Assembly (NCBI GenBank): GCA_963815455.1
Contig: CAWFGO010000001.1
Location: 1,472,001 to 1,536,000 of the forward strand
Direction: 5' to 3'
Source: an uncultured Verrucomicrobiae bacterium
Lineage (GTDB): Bacteria; Verrucomicrobiota; Verrucomicrobiia; Chthoniobacterales; UBA10450
DNA: 64,000 nucleotides
The notes beneath the pieces were generated by a model. The model was not told the DNA's origin and made no database searches. It saw only the letters and a list, made by a program, of their open reading frames with translations. Both the position numbers and the translations under genes were made by a program. Shown here in pieces: positions 38,859 through 49,900 of the stretch; within the stretch, counting starts at the first letter, position 1, and the number at the start of each line of letters is the position of its first letter.

Positions 38859-39932
38859 TCATTTCTGCGTTTCACTCAATAACTTGACCAACTCATTCTT
38901 CCACAACGCCGCGATAGTGTGGCTGCCGTGACCGCGCGTCTTGTCGCTCATCGGGATCACGATCGCCCGGCCATGCGGGACGCGCTTGATCTCGCGCTCC
39001 AGAATGCCAAGCTCAGGCGGATTGATCAGATCGTCGGCAAAGTTGATTGCCAATAGCGGCGCGCGGATTTTTTCCAGATTCGGGCCGGGATCGTAATCGC
39101 GCGAAGCCTCGACGGCGTAAAGGACATCGTTGGCGTCGTCTGCTTTGATAATTTGCTCAACGAACTTGTCCAGGACCTCGTCCGTTTTTGCCAGCGTAGG
39201 CGCTTCTTTCTGACGCAACACGGGGTTGCTGCTCATGAGCCAGAGCATTTCCGCGGCGGTGCGCAGGCTGGGCGGTTGTATCTTGTAATCGCCGCCGTTC
39301 CAGGCCGGATCGTTCCGGATGGCATCGATGATCATCCGCCGCCAGACGCGGTTCCGTCCCGAGATCTGTGTCGGCAAACTGGCCAGTGGCATCAACGCGT
39401 CCATGAAATCGGGATGCAATTCGCCCCACAGCCATGTATGCATCCCGCCCATTGAAGTGCCCATGACGAGACGCGCGTGATTCACGCCGAGCCCGTCGGT
39501 GAGCAACCGATACTGCGCTTCGACCATGTCGATGTAACCGTAGCGCGGGAACTTCGCGTGGAGACCGTCGCTCGGCTTGCTCGATTTGCCGTGACCGATT
39601 CCATCCGGAAGCACGACGAAAAATTTCGTCACATCAAGTGGCTGATCCTTCCCGAAAAGCTCGCCGGCAAATTCCGGGCGAATGAACTGCCCGCCGCTTC
39701 CAGTCGTACCGTGGGTGACGAGAACGGCATTAGTCGTCTTGCCCGCGGCGTTCCTCTCCGGTTTGCCGAGCGTGCGATAATGAATACGCAGCTCTGGCAG
39801 CGTTTCGCCGGAAGCGAACTTGAAATCGTGGATTGTGTAGTTGGCTTCGGTCGGCGCTGGATAATCTGCGGCAGAAACTGAGAGAGCAGTACCAATGAGG
39901 ACGACTCCGATTCGCAACGCCCGATTTATCAT
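38859..39932 (-). CDS. Alpha/beta hydrolase, homoserine O-acetyltransferase-like
   Basis: GTSMGG nucleophile motif; FASGETL; GHGSH. Confidence 0.88.
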   Translation of the reverse strand: MINRALRIGVVLIGTALSVSAADYPAPTEANYTIHDFKFASGETLPELRIHYRTLGKPERNAAGKTTNAVLVTHGTTGSGGQFIRPEFAGELFGKDQPLDVTKFFVVLPDGIGHGKSSKPSDGLHAKFPRYGYIDMVEAQYRLLTDGLGVNHARLVMGTSMGGMHTWLWGELHPDFMDALMPLASLPTQISGRNRVWRRMIIDAIRNDPAWNGGDYKIQPPSLRTAAEMLWLMSSNPVLRQKEAPTLAKTDEVLDKFVEQIIKADDANDVLYAVEASRDYDPGPNLEKIRAPLLAINFADDLINPPELGILEREIKRVPHGRAIVIPMSDKTRGHGSHTIAALWKNELVKLLSETQK

Positions 39933-40297
39933 ATCGACGAAATTGAGGTTACGTCTTTTTCATGTTCGCTGCCAAACCACTCTGCGTATTGTTTTTCACT
40001 AATTGCATTTGCAGCGAGCCCCAATGTTTGTTCGACAACTTCGAGTTCCGTAGCGATGGTAGCTACACTTGTAATAACATTTTGGCCGGCATCAAGCTGA
40101 TATCTCAATCCCAAGCGAAGCGATCCGGCGGCGACAACTCCGTCATCCTGAGCGCAGCGAAGGACCCCGCGGAAAAAGAGGAAACCATGACGTTTCTTGC
40201 CAAACCGTTCGTTTCGATCACGCCTGATGCACGCTTGCATGCCTTCCATCTACTGCGAGATCCCTCGTCGTCTTCGCGACTCAGGATGACAGAGCTT

Positions 40298-41284
40298 CTA
40301 TCCGCCGAGCAATTCGCTCACCAGCGATTTTTCTTCCTTCAGCTCGGCGATCGATTTGTCGATCTTGTCCCGGCTGAATTCGTTGAGTGGAACTTTTTGC
40401 ACAATTTCCCATTTGCCGCCGCGCACGCGGACTGGGAATGACGATATCAAACCCTTATCGGCGCTGTAACTGCCGTCTGAGCAAACCGCGACACTATGCC
40501 AGTCGTCGCCGGGCGTATCATTGGTTAGGAACCGAACAGAATCGACAATCGCGTTTGCCGCCGAGCCGGCCGAAGAGAATCCGCGGGCTTTGATAATGGC
40601 CGCGCCGCGCTGCTGGACCGTGGCGATGAAATCCTCCTTTAACCATTTCTCATCGCCGATCACTTCGTTGGCTGGGCGATTGTCGATCTTCGCGTTGTAA
40701 AAATCTGGATACTGGGTCGAGGAATGATTTCCCCAGATCGTCATGTTCGTCACCCGCGTAATCTCAACCCCGGCCTTGTGCGCCAGCTGGGCCCGAGCGC
40801 GGTTCTCATCGAGCCGGGTCATGGCAAACCAGCGATCGTGCGGGATTTTTTTCGCGTTGTTCATCGCGATCAGGCAATTTGTGTTGCACGGATTTCCTAT
40901 TACCAGCACGCGGACATCGGCGGCGGCATTTTTTTCGATCGCTTTGCCCTGCCCGATAAAAATCTTGCCGTTGATCCCGAGCAGGTCCTTGCGCTCCATG
41001 CCGGCTTTGCGGGGCACGCTTCCGACCAGCAAGGCCCAGTTCACGTCGCGAAATCCTTCGTCGAGATCGGCCGTCGGCACAATCGATTGTAGAAGAGGAA
41101 AGGCGCAGTCGTGCAATTCCATCACCACGCCTTCGAGCGCACCGAGCGCAGGCGGGATTTCGATCAAGTTGAGAGAAACGGGCTGATCTTTGCCGAACAT
41201 TTCGCCCGAGGCGATCCGGAACAAAAGCGAGTAACCGATCTGCCCGGCTGCGCCGGTGACAGCGACTTTGATGGGTGACTTCAT
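40298..41284 (-). CDS. mdh: Malate dehydrogenase
   Basis: [24 protein letters not shown]. Confidence 0.97.
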   Translation of the reverse strand: MKSPIKVAVTGAAGQIGYSLLFRIASGEMFGKDQPVSLNLIEIPPALGALEGVVMELHDCAFPLLQSIVPTADLDEGFRDVNWALLVGSVPRKAGMERKDLLGINGKIFIGQGKAIEKNAAADVRVLVIGNPCNTNCLIAMNNAKKIPHDRWFAMTRLDENRARAQLAHKAGVEITRVTNMTIWGNHSSTQYPDFYNAKIDNRPANEVIGDEKWLKEDFIATVQQRGAAIIKARGFSSAGSAANAIVDSVRFLTNDTPGDDWHSVAVCSDGSYSADKGLISSFPVRVRGGKWEIVQKVPLNEFSRDKIDKSIAELKEEKSLVSELLGG

Positions 41285-41505
41285 GGATTCAAATTAGCCA
41301 CGGATGGACGCGGATGAAACCCGGATTTTTTTGGCTACGCCCCGAATTTGTCATCCCGAGCCGCGAAGACGGTGAGGGATCTCACACGCGGTCAATGAGT
41401 AGGCAAGCGTCCATCATGCGTGATCGAAAGTGAGCGCTTTGCGACGAACTCTCATGCTCTTGTTTCTCGCGAGGTCCTTCGCTTCGCTCAGGATGACCGG
41501 CGTTC

Positions 41506-43260
41506 TTATGCGCGCCCGCTTTTTTCCAGCAACTCGCGAATCAATTTCATTCGTGCCCGTTCCTTTGGGCTGTGCCTCAGCTGGGCAATCGAGCGTTGCA
41601 TCCGCCGGGTCCAATTTGCGGGGCCGGCGGTGCCCGGAATATTGAAACGATATTTGCGCGCCAGCAGATCGGTAATCATTACCGACGCGATCCAGGATTC
41701 GCTTTTGAACAGCGCCGCCATGATGGCCGGATAAAAATCCTTTTCGAAATCGATCGAGACGCTGCCCGGTTGAAACTGCGCGAACTCGGCGATTCTGTTC
41801 AGCGTTTCCATAGCCTGGTTCGATGTCGATCCGGTCGCGGCGGTGGCTTCCGCGGAGGGCGCTGCCGTTTGTTCGAGCGCTTCCTCCCATAATTTGCGAA
41901 GCGGCTTGTGATCGTGGGTTGCGTAAGTGGCGATGGAAAGACGATCGTATTCCGAGCCGGGAGTGACCCGCCCGCCATGAACTTCCCATTGCGGAATTTT
42001 GAACCCGGCAATGCCGAGCGTATGCAGGCTCGGTCGCACATAATCGGGAACCGTGCCCAAGTCTTCGCCGCCGACGCGCGTAGCTTTGCATTCTTCCAGG
42101 ACCATTCCCAAATACTCTTCGCCTTCGCGCCGGCTTGCTTCGCAGTCGTGGGGATTCGAATCGCCTCGCGGCGAAAAGTGCGGCGCGCGACCGCCGGTTC
42201 TTTTGAGCATCTCATTCCATTCGAGCGATAGAAACTCCTTGTTTCGCGATGGCCGCCACGGGAAGGCATAGATTCGATAAAACCCAAGCACGTGATCGAT
42301 GCGGAAGAGGTGGAATATTCGCCGGACTCCGCGCACCCGATGTCGCCACCAATCGAAATTACGGGACCGCATCGTGTCCCAGCGATAAAGCGGGAAGCCC
42401 CAATTTTGTCCCCACTTTTGGGTGAACCTGTCGTCCTTGAAATATTGCTCAGGCGGCGCACCGCCCGACCAGTCGAGCGCAAATTCCTCCGGGCGCGCAA
42501 ACACATCTGCGCTGTAATAACTCACCCCGAATGGGATATCGCCCATAAGCCCTACACCACGCTCCTCGGCGTACGCTTTGACCTCCTGCCATTGCCGGTG
42601 GGCAATCCATTGCACGTAGCGGAAGAAGTTCTGTCGTTGCGCGAAGGCCGCTTGTAAATCAGGCGGGAGCTGGGCAAACCAACTTCGCGCGGCGGCCAGG
42701 GATTGATATGGCCATTCATCCCACCTTTCACGCTCGCCGTTTTTTTCCATCAGCGCGCGGAAAAACGCGTAGTCATTCAGCCAGACGACTTCCTCGTCGC
42801 AAAATTTCATAAAGTGCGCTTGCCTGTCGCGCCGTAGCCCAGCTGAGGCGGATCGATCTTCGCTTGCCTGTTCGCAAAACCGTTGAAACGCTTTCTCCAG
42901 CAAACGCCGTTTCAATTTTTTTACTCGCGCATACTTCACCGGACCACGCCGCAACTCGACAGGATCGACATCGGCCATCACCGCCGAAAAATCTTCCGCG
43001 CTCAACTCTTCCGGGCTGCCCGGCGCAAGATGCAAAGTCGTGGGCTCGATCGCCATCGCGCTGATCGCGTTATACGGGCTGTTGTCCCCGCCGATCTCAT
43101 TGATCGGCAACAACTGCACCAACCTAAATCCGGTGTCGGCAAGCCAATCGATGAACTGTCGCAGCGCCGCCACCTCGCCGATCCCGAGATCGTCTTCGCA
43201 GCGCAGAGCGAACAACGGCGCCAGAACACCCGCGATTTTCTTTTCCGGTGAGAGATTCAC
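41506..43260 (-). CDS. malQ: 4-alpha-glucanotransferase (GH77)
   Basis: QLLPI, SPY, GDIP, GQNWGFP, RIDHVLGF, EDLG, THD. Confidence 0.92.
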   Translation of the reverse strand: MNLSPEKKIAGVLAPLFALRCEDDLGIGEVAALRQFIDWLADTGFRLVQLLPINEIGGDNSPYNAISAMAIEPTTLHLAPGSPEELSAEDFSAVMADVDPVELRRGPVKYARVKKLKRRLLEKAFQRFCEQASEDRSASAGLRRDRQAHFMKFCDEEVVWLNDYAFFRALMEKNGERERWDEWPYQSLAAARSWFAQLPPDLQAAFAQRQNFFRYVQWIAHRQWQEVKAYAEERGVGLMGDIPFGVSYYSADVFARPEEFALDWSGGAPPEQYFKDDRFTQKWGQNWGFPLYRWDTMRSRNFDWWRHRVRGVRRIFHLFRIDHVLGFYRIYAFPWRPSRNKEFLSLEWNEMLKRTGGRAPHFSPRGDSNPHDCEASRREGEEYLGMVLEECKATRVGGEDLGTVPDYVRPSLHTLGIAGFKIPQWEVHGGRVTPGSEYDRLSIATYATHDHKPLRKLWEEALEQTAAPSAEATAATGSTSNQAMETLNRIAEFAQFQPGSVSIDFEKDFYPAIMAALFKSESWIASVMITDLLARKYRFNIPGTAGPANWTRRMQRSIAQLRHSPKERARMKLIRELLEKSGRA

Positions 43261-43410
43261 AGTGCTAGCGTCTCTACTTTCATGTCGAGCAAAGTCGAGA
43301 CATCCCGTTGCGATAGGTTTCACGTAACATTGCGGGATTCCTCGACTTCGCTCGGAATGACGGGACTATTTCTTCGGTATTCGACATTCGTGCTTCGTCA
43401 TTTCGGAGCG

Positions 43411-45477
43411 TTAGCTCCGTGTCACCTGCCAGTCTTCGACGAGCTTGTTGGGAATTTCCTTCAGAAATCGCGACGGCCGTTGGAAAACATCGCCGTAGCC
43501 GGCGTTCAAACGCATCTGGGCATACGCAAGATAAAGCTCGTCCTTCGCCCGCGTGACCGCGACGTAGAACAGGCGCCGCTCTTCCTCGAGCGCTTCGCGG
43601 GTGTCGAGCGATCGGCTGCTCGGGAACATTCCGTCCGTTAACCAAATAACGAAAACGCTGTGGAATTCCAGGCCCTTGGCCTGATGTACCGTGGAAAGAT
43701 TCACCGCTTCCTTGTCCGCAGATTGCGCCGGCGCGGCTTCAGCATCGACATTGCTGATGAGCGCCAGCTGGGCCAGGAATTCGTTAATATCTTTGAACTG
43801 GCGTGAAAATGCGGCGAGCTGGTTTAGATCTTCCCGGCGCAACTCGTAGTTCGTGAAATTCACTTTCGCGTAATCGTCGTAAATCGCCCCCACGATCGAC
43901 GTAATCATTTCCGATGGCGGATTCGGTTGTCCGCCCGGCGCGATTTCATCGAGCGTGTGGGCAAGCTGATCCCACGATTTCTTCGAGCGGGCCGGCGCAT
44001 TCATCGCACGGAGCATCGACCCAAAATTGTAGCCGGGGGCGCTACTGTAGCCGGGGTCGCTGACCCCGGTAGGCGTGGGCGTCGCTTCAGAACCGGGGTC
44101 AGCGACCCCGGCTACAACAGACTTCTCCCAGGAATTCCACAGATTTTCCGCGCTTCGATTACCGATGCCGGGAAGCAGTTTCACCATCCGTTTAAACGCG
44201 ACTTCGTCGCGCGGGTTCGCCACAAACCGGATGAACGCGGTCACATCTTTAATATGGGCCTGCTCGAAAAAGCGGATGCCGCTGGTGATTTGGTACGGAA
44301 TCCCGCGGCGGGAAAGCTCGAGTTGCAATTCGATCGCGTGATAATGCGCACGATAAAGCACCGCGATCTCACTTAGATCGACATTCTCATCGCGCAGCTC
44401 GAGAATTCGCTGGGCAACGAACCGCGCCTGCTCACTGCCGTCGTTCAACGCGACAACGGCCGGCTTGACCGCGTTCGATTCACGGGTCGGCGCGAGATTC
44501 TTTCGAAACTGCTCCACGTTTGCCGTGATGGCGGCGTTGGCCACGTCCAGAACTTCCGGCACGCTCCGGTAATTCATCTCGATCTTAAAAACCTGCGCGC
44601 CCGGGTAGCGTTTCGGAAATTCGAGGATGTTTTTGAAATTCGCACCCCGCCAGGAGTAGATCGACTGGGCGTCGTCGCCCACCACCATCACGTTCTTATG
44701 ATCGGCCGCCAGGGTATCGATCAAATCCGCCTGGATCTTGTTCGTGTCCTGATATTCATCAACCAAAATAAATTGAAACTGCTGTCGATAGAAGGCCGCG
44801 ATGTTTTCGTGTTGTTTCAACATCGACAACGTCTTCTCCAGCAAATCGTCGAAATCGACCGAGTTCGTCGCCTTCTTCTTCTTCTCGTAGCGTTGGTGGA
44901 CGTCCTTGATCCGGTCGAGCAGCGGCAGGAAATAGGGAAATTTTCCGGCGAGCAATTCTTCCATCGGCGTTTCTGTGTTGACGACGAAACTAAAAATCTC
45001 CGCCAGCACATCGCCTTTCGGGAACCGAATTTCCTTCGGATCAATGCCGGCGCCGGCCACGACGGTGTTGATCAAATCCTTCTGATCTTCCCGGTCCATG
45101 ATGGAGAACCCGCTGGAATAACCGAGGGCGCTTCCATGCCGGCGAAGCATCCGATTGCCGATTGAATGAAAAGTGCCGCCCCAAATTCCGCTGGCATCCA
45201 CCGGCAACAGATTGGCCACCCGATCGAGCATCTGCCGCGCGGCTTTGTTGGTAAAGGTAAGCAGCAAAATGTTTCGTGGATCGATCCCGTTCTCGAGCAG
45301 GTAAGCCACGCGATAGGTAAGCGTCCGCGTCTTCCCCGAGCCCGCACCCGCGATGACGAGCAACGGTCCCGGCGGCGCGGTCACCGCCGCCAGCTGCTGC
45401 GGGTTCAACTCCGCCGCGTAATCGATATGGATCGACGTCGAAGACGGGGTGCGTTCCAGAGTGTATTGGCGTGACAT
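43411..45477 (-). CDS. uvrD: UvrD/PcrA-family DNA helicase
   Basis: AGAGSGKT, DEYQD, VGDDAQSIY, HQAKGLE, EERRLFYVAVTRAK. Confidence 0.93.
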   Translation of the reverse strand: MSRQYTLERTPSSTSIHIDYAAELNPQQLAAVTAPPGPLLVIAGAGSGKTRTLTYRVAYLLENGIDPRNILLLTFTNKAARQMLDRVANLLPVDASGIWGGTFHSIGNRMLRRHGSALGYSSGFSIMDREDQKDLINTVVAGAGIDPKEIRFPKGDVLAEIFSFVVNTETPMEELLAGKFPYFLPLLDRIKDVHQRYEKKKKATNSVDFDDLLEKTLSMLKQHENIAAFYRQQFQFILVDEYQDTNKIQADLIDTLAADHKNVMVVGDDAQSIYSWRGANFKNILEFPKRYPGAQVFKIEMNYRSVPEVLDVANAAITANVEQFRKNLAPTRESNAVKPAVVALNDGSEQARFVAQRILELRDENVDLSEIAVLYRAHYHAIELQLELSRRGIPYQITSGIRFFEQAHIKDVTAFIRFVANPRDEVAFKRMVKLLPGIGNRSAENLWNSWEKSVVAGVADPGSEATPTPTGVSDPGYSSAPGYNFGSMLRAMNAPARSKKSWDQLAHTLDEIAPGGQPNPPSEMITSIVGAIYDDYAKVNFTNYELRREDLNQLAAFSRQFKDINEFLAQLALISNVDAEAAPAQSADKEAVNLSTVHQAKGLEFHSVFVIWLTDGMFPSSRSLDTREALEEERRLFYVAVTRAKDELYLAYAQMRLNAGYGDVFQRPSRFLKEIPNKLVEDWQVTRS

Positions 45478-45598
45478 TTGATAATGCGAATTGCAAAGAA
45501 CCGCAGCAAACGATTCGACGCAAACTGGCAGATCGAAAATTGATTGAAAATCCCGGTGCGCATCGTGATGATTCCGCATCCCGGCACGTCTTTTCATA

Positions 45599-46954
45599 TT
45601 GGGCTTGGTAGCATGGCTGAGCGCCAGCAGTCTCTTGCGCGGCGCGGATGTTGGCCAGTTACGCGCGCAAATGGCGGCGGCGGAAGAAGCGGACGACAAG
45701 GCAGCCGTCATTGAAATAGGCCGGCGGCTGGTGGCCATTGCGCCCAAGGAAACCGGCGTGTGGAATACGATTGCCCGGGCACAAATCGACACCAAAGATT
45801 TCGAGCGGTGCGCCCAAACGCTGGATGCGTGGGAGAAAGCGGTGAAACCGCCACCGGCGGCGATTGAAGATTTTCGCGGCGATCTCGCAGCCAACAACAA
45901 GGATTACGAAAATGCCGAACGCCACTGGTTGGCATTTCTGGCCAAGAAGCCGTCGCGCGCGAATACCGCAGCCATGTACGACAAACTGGCCGACATGTGT
46001 GCCGATCAATCGCGGTGGATCGATAACGAAAAATATCGGGGCAAAGCAGTCGCGACCGAAGATTCAGCCGAGCGTCGTGTGGCGCATGCCACCGCGTTGT
46101 TACGCCTGCATCAATGGGATGGGGCCTATGCCGAAATGGCCAGGGCGAACAAGATCGCCAGCGCCGACGCGCAGGTGAAGGAATGGCTCCCGCAATTCGA
46201 GCGATTGGAGAGATTTCTTCCGCGAATCAAGGCGCTCGACACACAGCTGGCCACGGCGCCGGATAATGTCGATTTGCTGCTCGAACGCGCTCGTTTGTTT
46301 ACGCTGGCGGACCGGCCGTTGCTGGCCCTCGATGATTGCGAGCGGGCGATGAAGCTGCGGCCGGAATCGATGCGCGTCCGGATTCAAACAGGGGAGGCGC
46401 TGCTCGATACGCAGCGATCGGAAGACGCCGCGAAAATGCAGGTGAGCTCCCAGCTCGCTCGCGAGAAGGACGGGCATGTAAGCGAGCAGAAATTGCGGGA
46501 GCTGGCGGACGAAGACGCGCAGATCGCGCAAAATCCGAAGGAAGCCGCGCCGCTCGTGGCCCGGGCGAAGACCTTGCGCGATCTAAAGCAGATCGCATTG
46601 GCGCTGGCCGATGCCAAAGCGGCACTCGGTCTCGATGATAAATCGGCGGCGGCGCATTTCGAGGTTGCGCATGCTCTCGACGAGTTGGAGCAGAAAAAAG
46701 AGGCGCTTACGCATGTGCGGACCGCGACCGAATTGGATCCGAACGATTGGAAGAAATGGTGTTTCCAAGGGATGCTTGAAAAAGAGCGCGCCGATTTTCC
46801 CGCCGCCATCGAATCCCTAAGCCGCTCTCTAAAAGTTCACGAGAATCTGCTCGCGCTCACCGAACGCGAGCAATGCGAACGCCGGACCGGCCAGATCGAC
46901 AAGGCCGATGCGGACCTGAAGCGTGTTCGAGAATTGGATCCGACGAAGGAATGA
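45599..46954 (+). CDS. TPR-repeat protein
   Basis: Repeated TPR-like helices; start uncertain. Confidence 0.8.
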   Translation: MGLVAWLSASSLLRGADVGQLRAQMAAAEEADDKAAVIEIGRRLVAIAPKETGVWNTIARAQIDTKDFERCAQTLDAWEKAVKPPPAAIEDFRGDLAANNKDYENAERHWLAFLAKKPSRANTAAMYDKLADMCADQSRWIDNEKYRGKAVATEDSAERRVAHATALLRLHQWDGAYAEMARANKIASADAQVKEWLPQFERLERFLPRIKALDTQLATAPDNVDLLLERARLFTLADRPLLALDDCERAMKLRPESMRVRIQTGEALLDTQRSEDAAKMQVSSQLAREKDGHVSEQKLRELADEDAQIAQNPKEAAPLVARAKTLRDLKQIALALADAKAALGLDDKSAAAHFEVAHALDELEQKKEALTHVRTATELDPNDWKKWCFQGMLEKERADFPAAIESLSRSLKVHENLLALTEREQCERRTGQIDKADADLKRVRELDPTKE

Positions 46955-49900
46955 ACCGCGCGCTCTTAACAGTGATGTGGCTGCTCGTTAGTGCCAGCGT
47001 TCTTGTTTCGGCCGAACGGGAAAAGCCGGATACGAAACCGGACGCCGGCGGGATTGTGATCGAGCCAAGCGAAGGCGAGATCGCGCCGGGCTCCGAGCTC
47101 ACGATCACATTCCCGAACGCGATGGTGAGCCCCGACAAGATCGACATGAGCGGCCAGCCGTCGCCATTGACGAGCACACCGAAAATCGAGGGCGATTTCT
47201 TGTGGAAAAGCCAAACTGAGGGCGTGTTGACGGTGAAGGGCGTCGTCGCCGGCGCCAACCATCGCCTGACCCTGGTGCGCGATCTCAAGGACGCGAGCGG
47301 AAAACGGGTGGAAGCGCCGGGCTGGAGCGCGGAATTCACAACCCGCGAGTTTAACATCACGACGGATTTTACCGAGCGCGACCATCTCGAAACCCAGCCG
47401 CAGATCTCGCTCGATTCCACCTACGACGTGCGTCTGAGCGAAGCGCCGGATCATATTTATTTCCAGGACCGCGATTCGCGGGAGCGTTTTCCTGTCGATG
47501 TTATTCTATGGAGCGAAGAGGGTTCGCCTGAACTGGAAGTGAAAGAATTCCGGGTCTCGCCCCGGGCGCCGCTGCCGCCCGGGCACACCTTTGACCTGAT
47601 CGTGAACGGTCTGGTGGAAGCGAAGAGCCACAAGGCGTTGCCGTATTTGAAGGTTATCCCCGCGGGCACGACTGCGTCGCTGGAGATTGCGTGGGTGGGC
47701 GCGTTCAATTCCGCTCTGGAAGAGCCGTCGATCCGAATCAAATTCAATGACGAGATCGATCCGGGCGAAGCGACACCGGGGAAGATCGACATCCAACCGC
47801 CGGTCAAAGACGCGAAGCTGCTGGCGAGCCGCGACGAAGTAACGGTCACCGGCACGTTCGATCTCAATCAGCATTACCGGGTAACGATTTCGACTGCGCT
47901 CAAAGGCAGTCGCGGCTTTGGTCTGGCCAAAGAATCACGCTGGGGCGCGACATTTCATCCGAAACCGCCCACGATTCTATTCCCGGCGTCGCAGGTATTT
48001 CTGCGCGCGCGACAAGAGTTGCGCTTTTCTTTTTTTCAAATCAACACGCCGGCGGTGACTTGGAAATTTGCCCGCATCCCGCTGGAAAAACTGCCGGCGG
48101 TGACCGCGCGTGTGCGCGATTTCGAGAAAGACGCGCGCGATCCTGTAACCGGCCAGCCAGTTGTCGATCCTCGCACCGGGTTCAACAAACAATTCCAAAC
48201 GGAATTGCTCGTTGACGCATTCAAATTGCCGGTCATCGCAACCGGCACAGCAGAGGCGGCGTCGGGCGATGCCAGTGTGAAACGCGATATTCGCTGGGCC
48301 GCGCCGAAGGGCGAAGCGTTGAGCGGTGCGTACTTAGTCGAGGCGAGCGCGGCGTTGAGCGACGGCCGCATTGCCGGGAACCGTTCGATCATTTGTACGA
48401 GCGATTTCATTTTGACCGAAAAACGAACGCCCACCCTGGTGATCGTTCGACTGGCAAAAATGTCCGACGCGCAACCGGTCGCGGGCGTGAACGTGCGCGC
48501 GGTCACCAGCGAGAACATCGAGCTCGGTCACGCCGTCACGGACAAGAACGGGATGTCGACTTTCTCGCGAGCGGCTGTTTTTCCGGAGAAGAAACCGGGC
48601 GCGCATCTGTTTATCGCCGATACAACAAGCGGGCCCGCGCTTCAATTTGCCGAGGGCGCGAGTTATTCATCCGGTTATTGGCAGATCAGCCGGCGGGACC
48701 AAAAAGGACACGCCGAGATCATTACCGACCGAAACCTGTATCGGCCGGGACAAGTCGTAAAAATGAAAGGGCTCATGCGCGAGATAACCGGTGCCGGCCT
48801 GGCGATCCCGAGTACGCCGGATGTGCGCTGGCGGGTGACGGAAAGCTATGGCGAGCGCGTGGTGGGCGAAGGAACAGCGGTGCTTTCTCGTGATGGCGGT
48901 TGGGAGTCGGAGTGGATCGTGCCGGAAAAATCGAAGCTCGGGAGATTCGATATTCGATGCAAGATCGGCAACCAGGATTACGACGGCACCACCGCGATCA
49001 GCATCGAAGAATATCGCGTTCCACTTTTCTCAACCATTGTCGAAGCGACGCCGGAAGTCGGCGACACCGCGCACGCGAAAGTTTCGTCCGCGTATTTTCA
49101 CGGCGCGCCAAACGCGGGCGCTCGGGTGCATTGGAAAGCAAGCTGGAGTCCTGCGACCGATTTTGGAAACGACGCGAATGATTACAAACGGCGTTATAAC
49201 AGTTTCTCCGAAGTCGGCCCAAGTCTCGATCCGAACAGCGAGCTGATCAAAACGATCGAGGGCGACACGCAATTGGACCAACACGGGTTCGCGACACTTT
49301 CGTGCGAATCGCCGTTCAAAAACGATGCGGCTGTGGCAAAATCGGATGTCGTGTGGCGCGCCGATGTGACTTCGGTCGATGGTCAAACCATCGCCGGCGG
49401 CGACACCGGTGCGCTCTTCGCTAATGCCGTCATGCTCGGCGTGCGGGCAACGGAAAGACCGGGCGAGAATGGCGGTGTCGATGTGAGCATCGACGCGGTC
49501 GATCAAGAAAGCGCGAAGGTCACCGGAGTGGCCGTGCATGCCGATCTCATTCATATCACGACCAAGACAGCGAAAGAGCAGATCGCGCCGTTCGTGTATC
49601 GCTATCGCAACGTCGATGAATATGCGAAAATCGCGTCGCAGGAATTAAAGACGCCGGCTGAATCTTTTTTCCCGGCGAAAGAGACCGGACGTTACGTCGT
49701 TGCGGTCAGCGCAACCGGTCGAAAAGCCGCGCTGGTGAGCGATGAAACCACCGTGACAGGCGAAATGCGAGCGGAGCTGCCGGTTGAAAACGAAACCAGC
49801 TTTAAGATAGAACATGAGACCAAATCGTTTGTTCCCGGAGAGAAAGCGACATTGTCGATCCAATCGCCATTCGGCGGCGTGGCGTGGGTGTCGGTCGAGA

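Noticed and set aside
39929..40249. 106-aa ORF between mdh and the hydrolase
   Set aside because: Its N-terminal half is translated palindromic repeat; any real gene would be a short fragment I cannot support.
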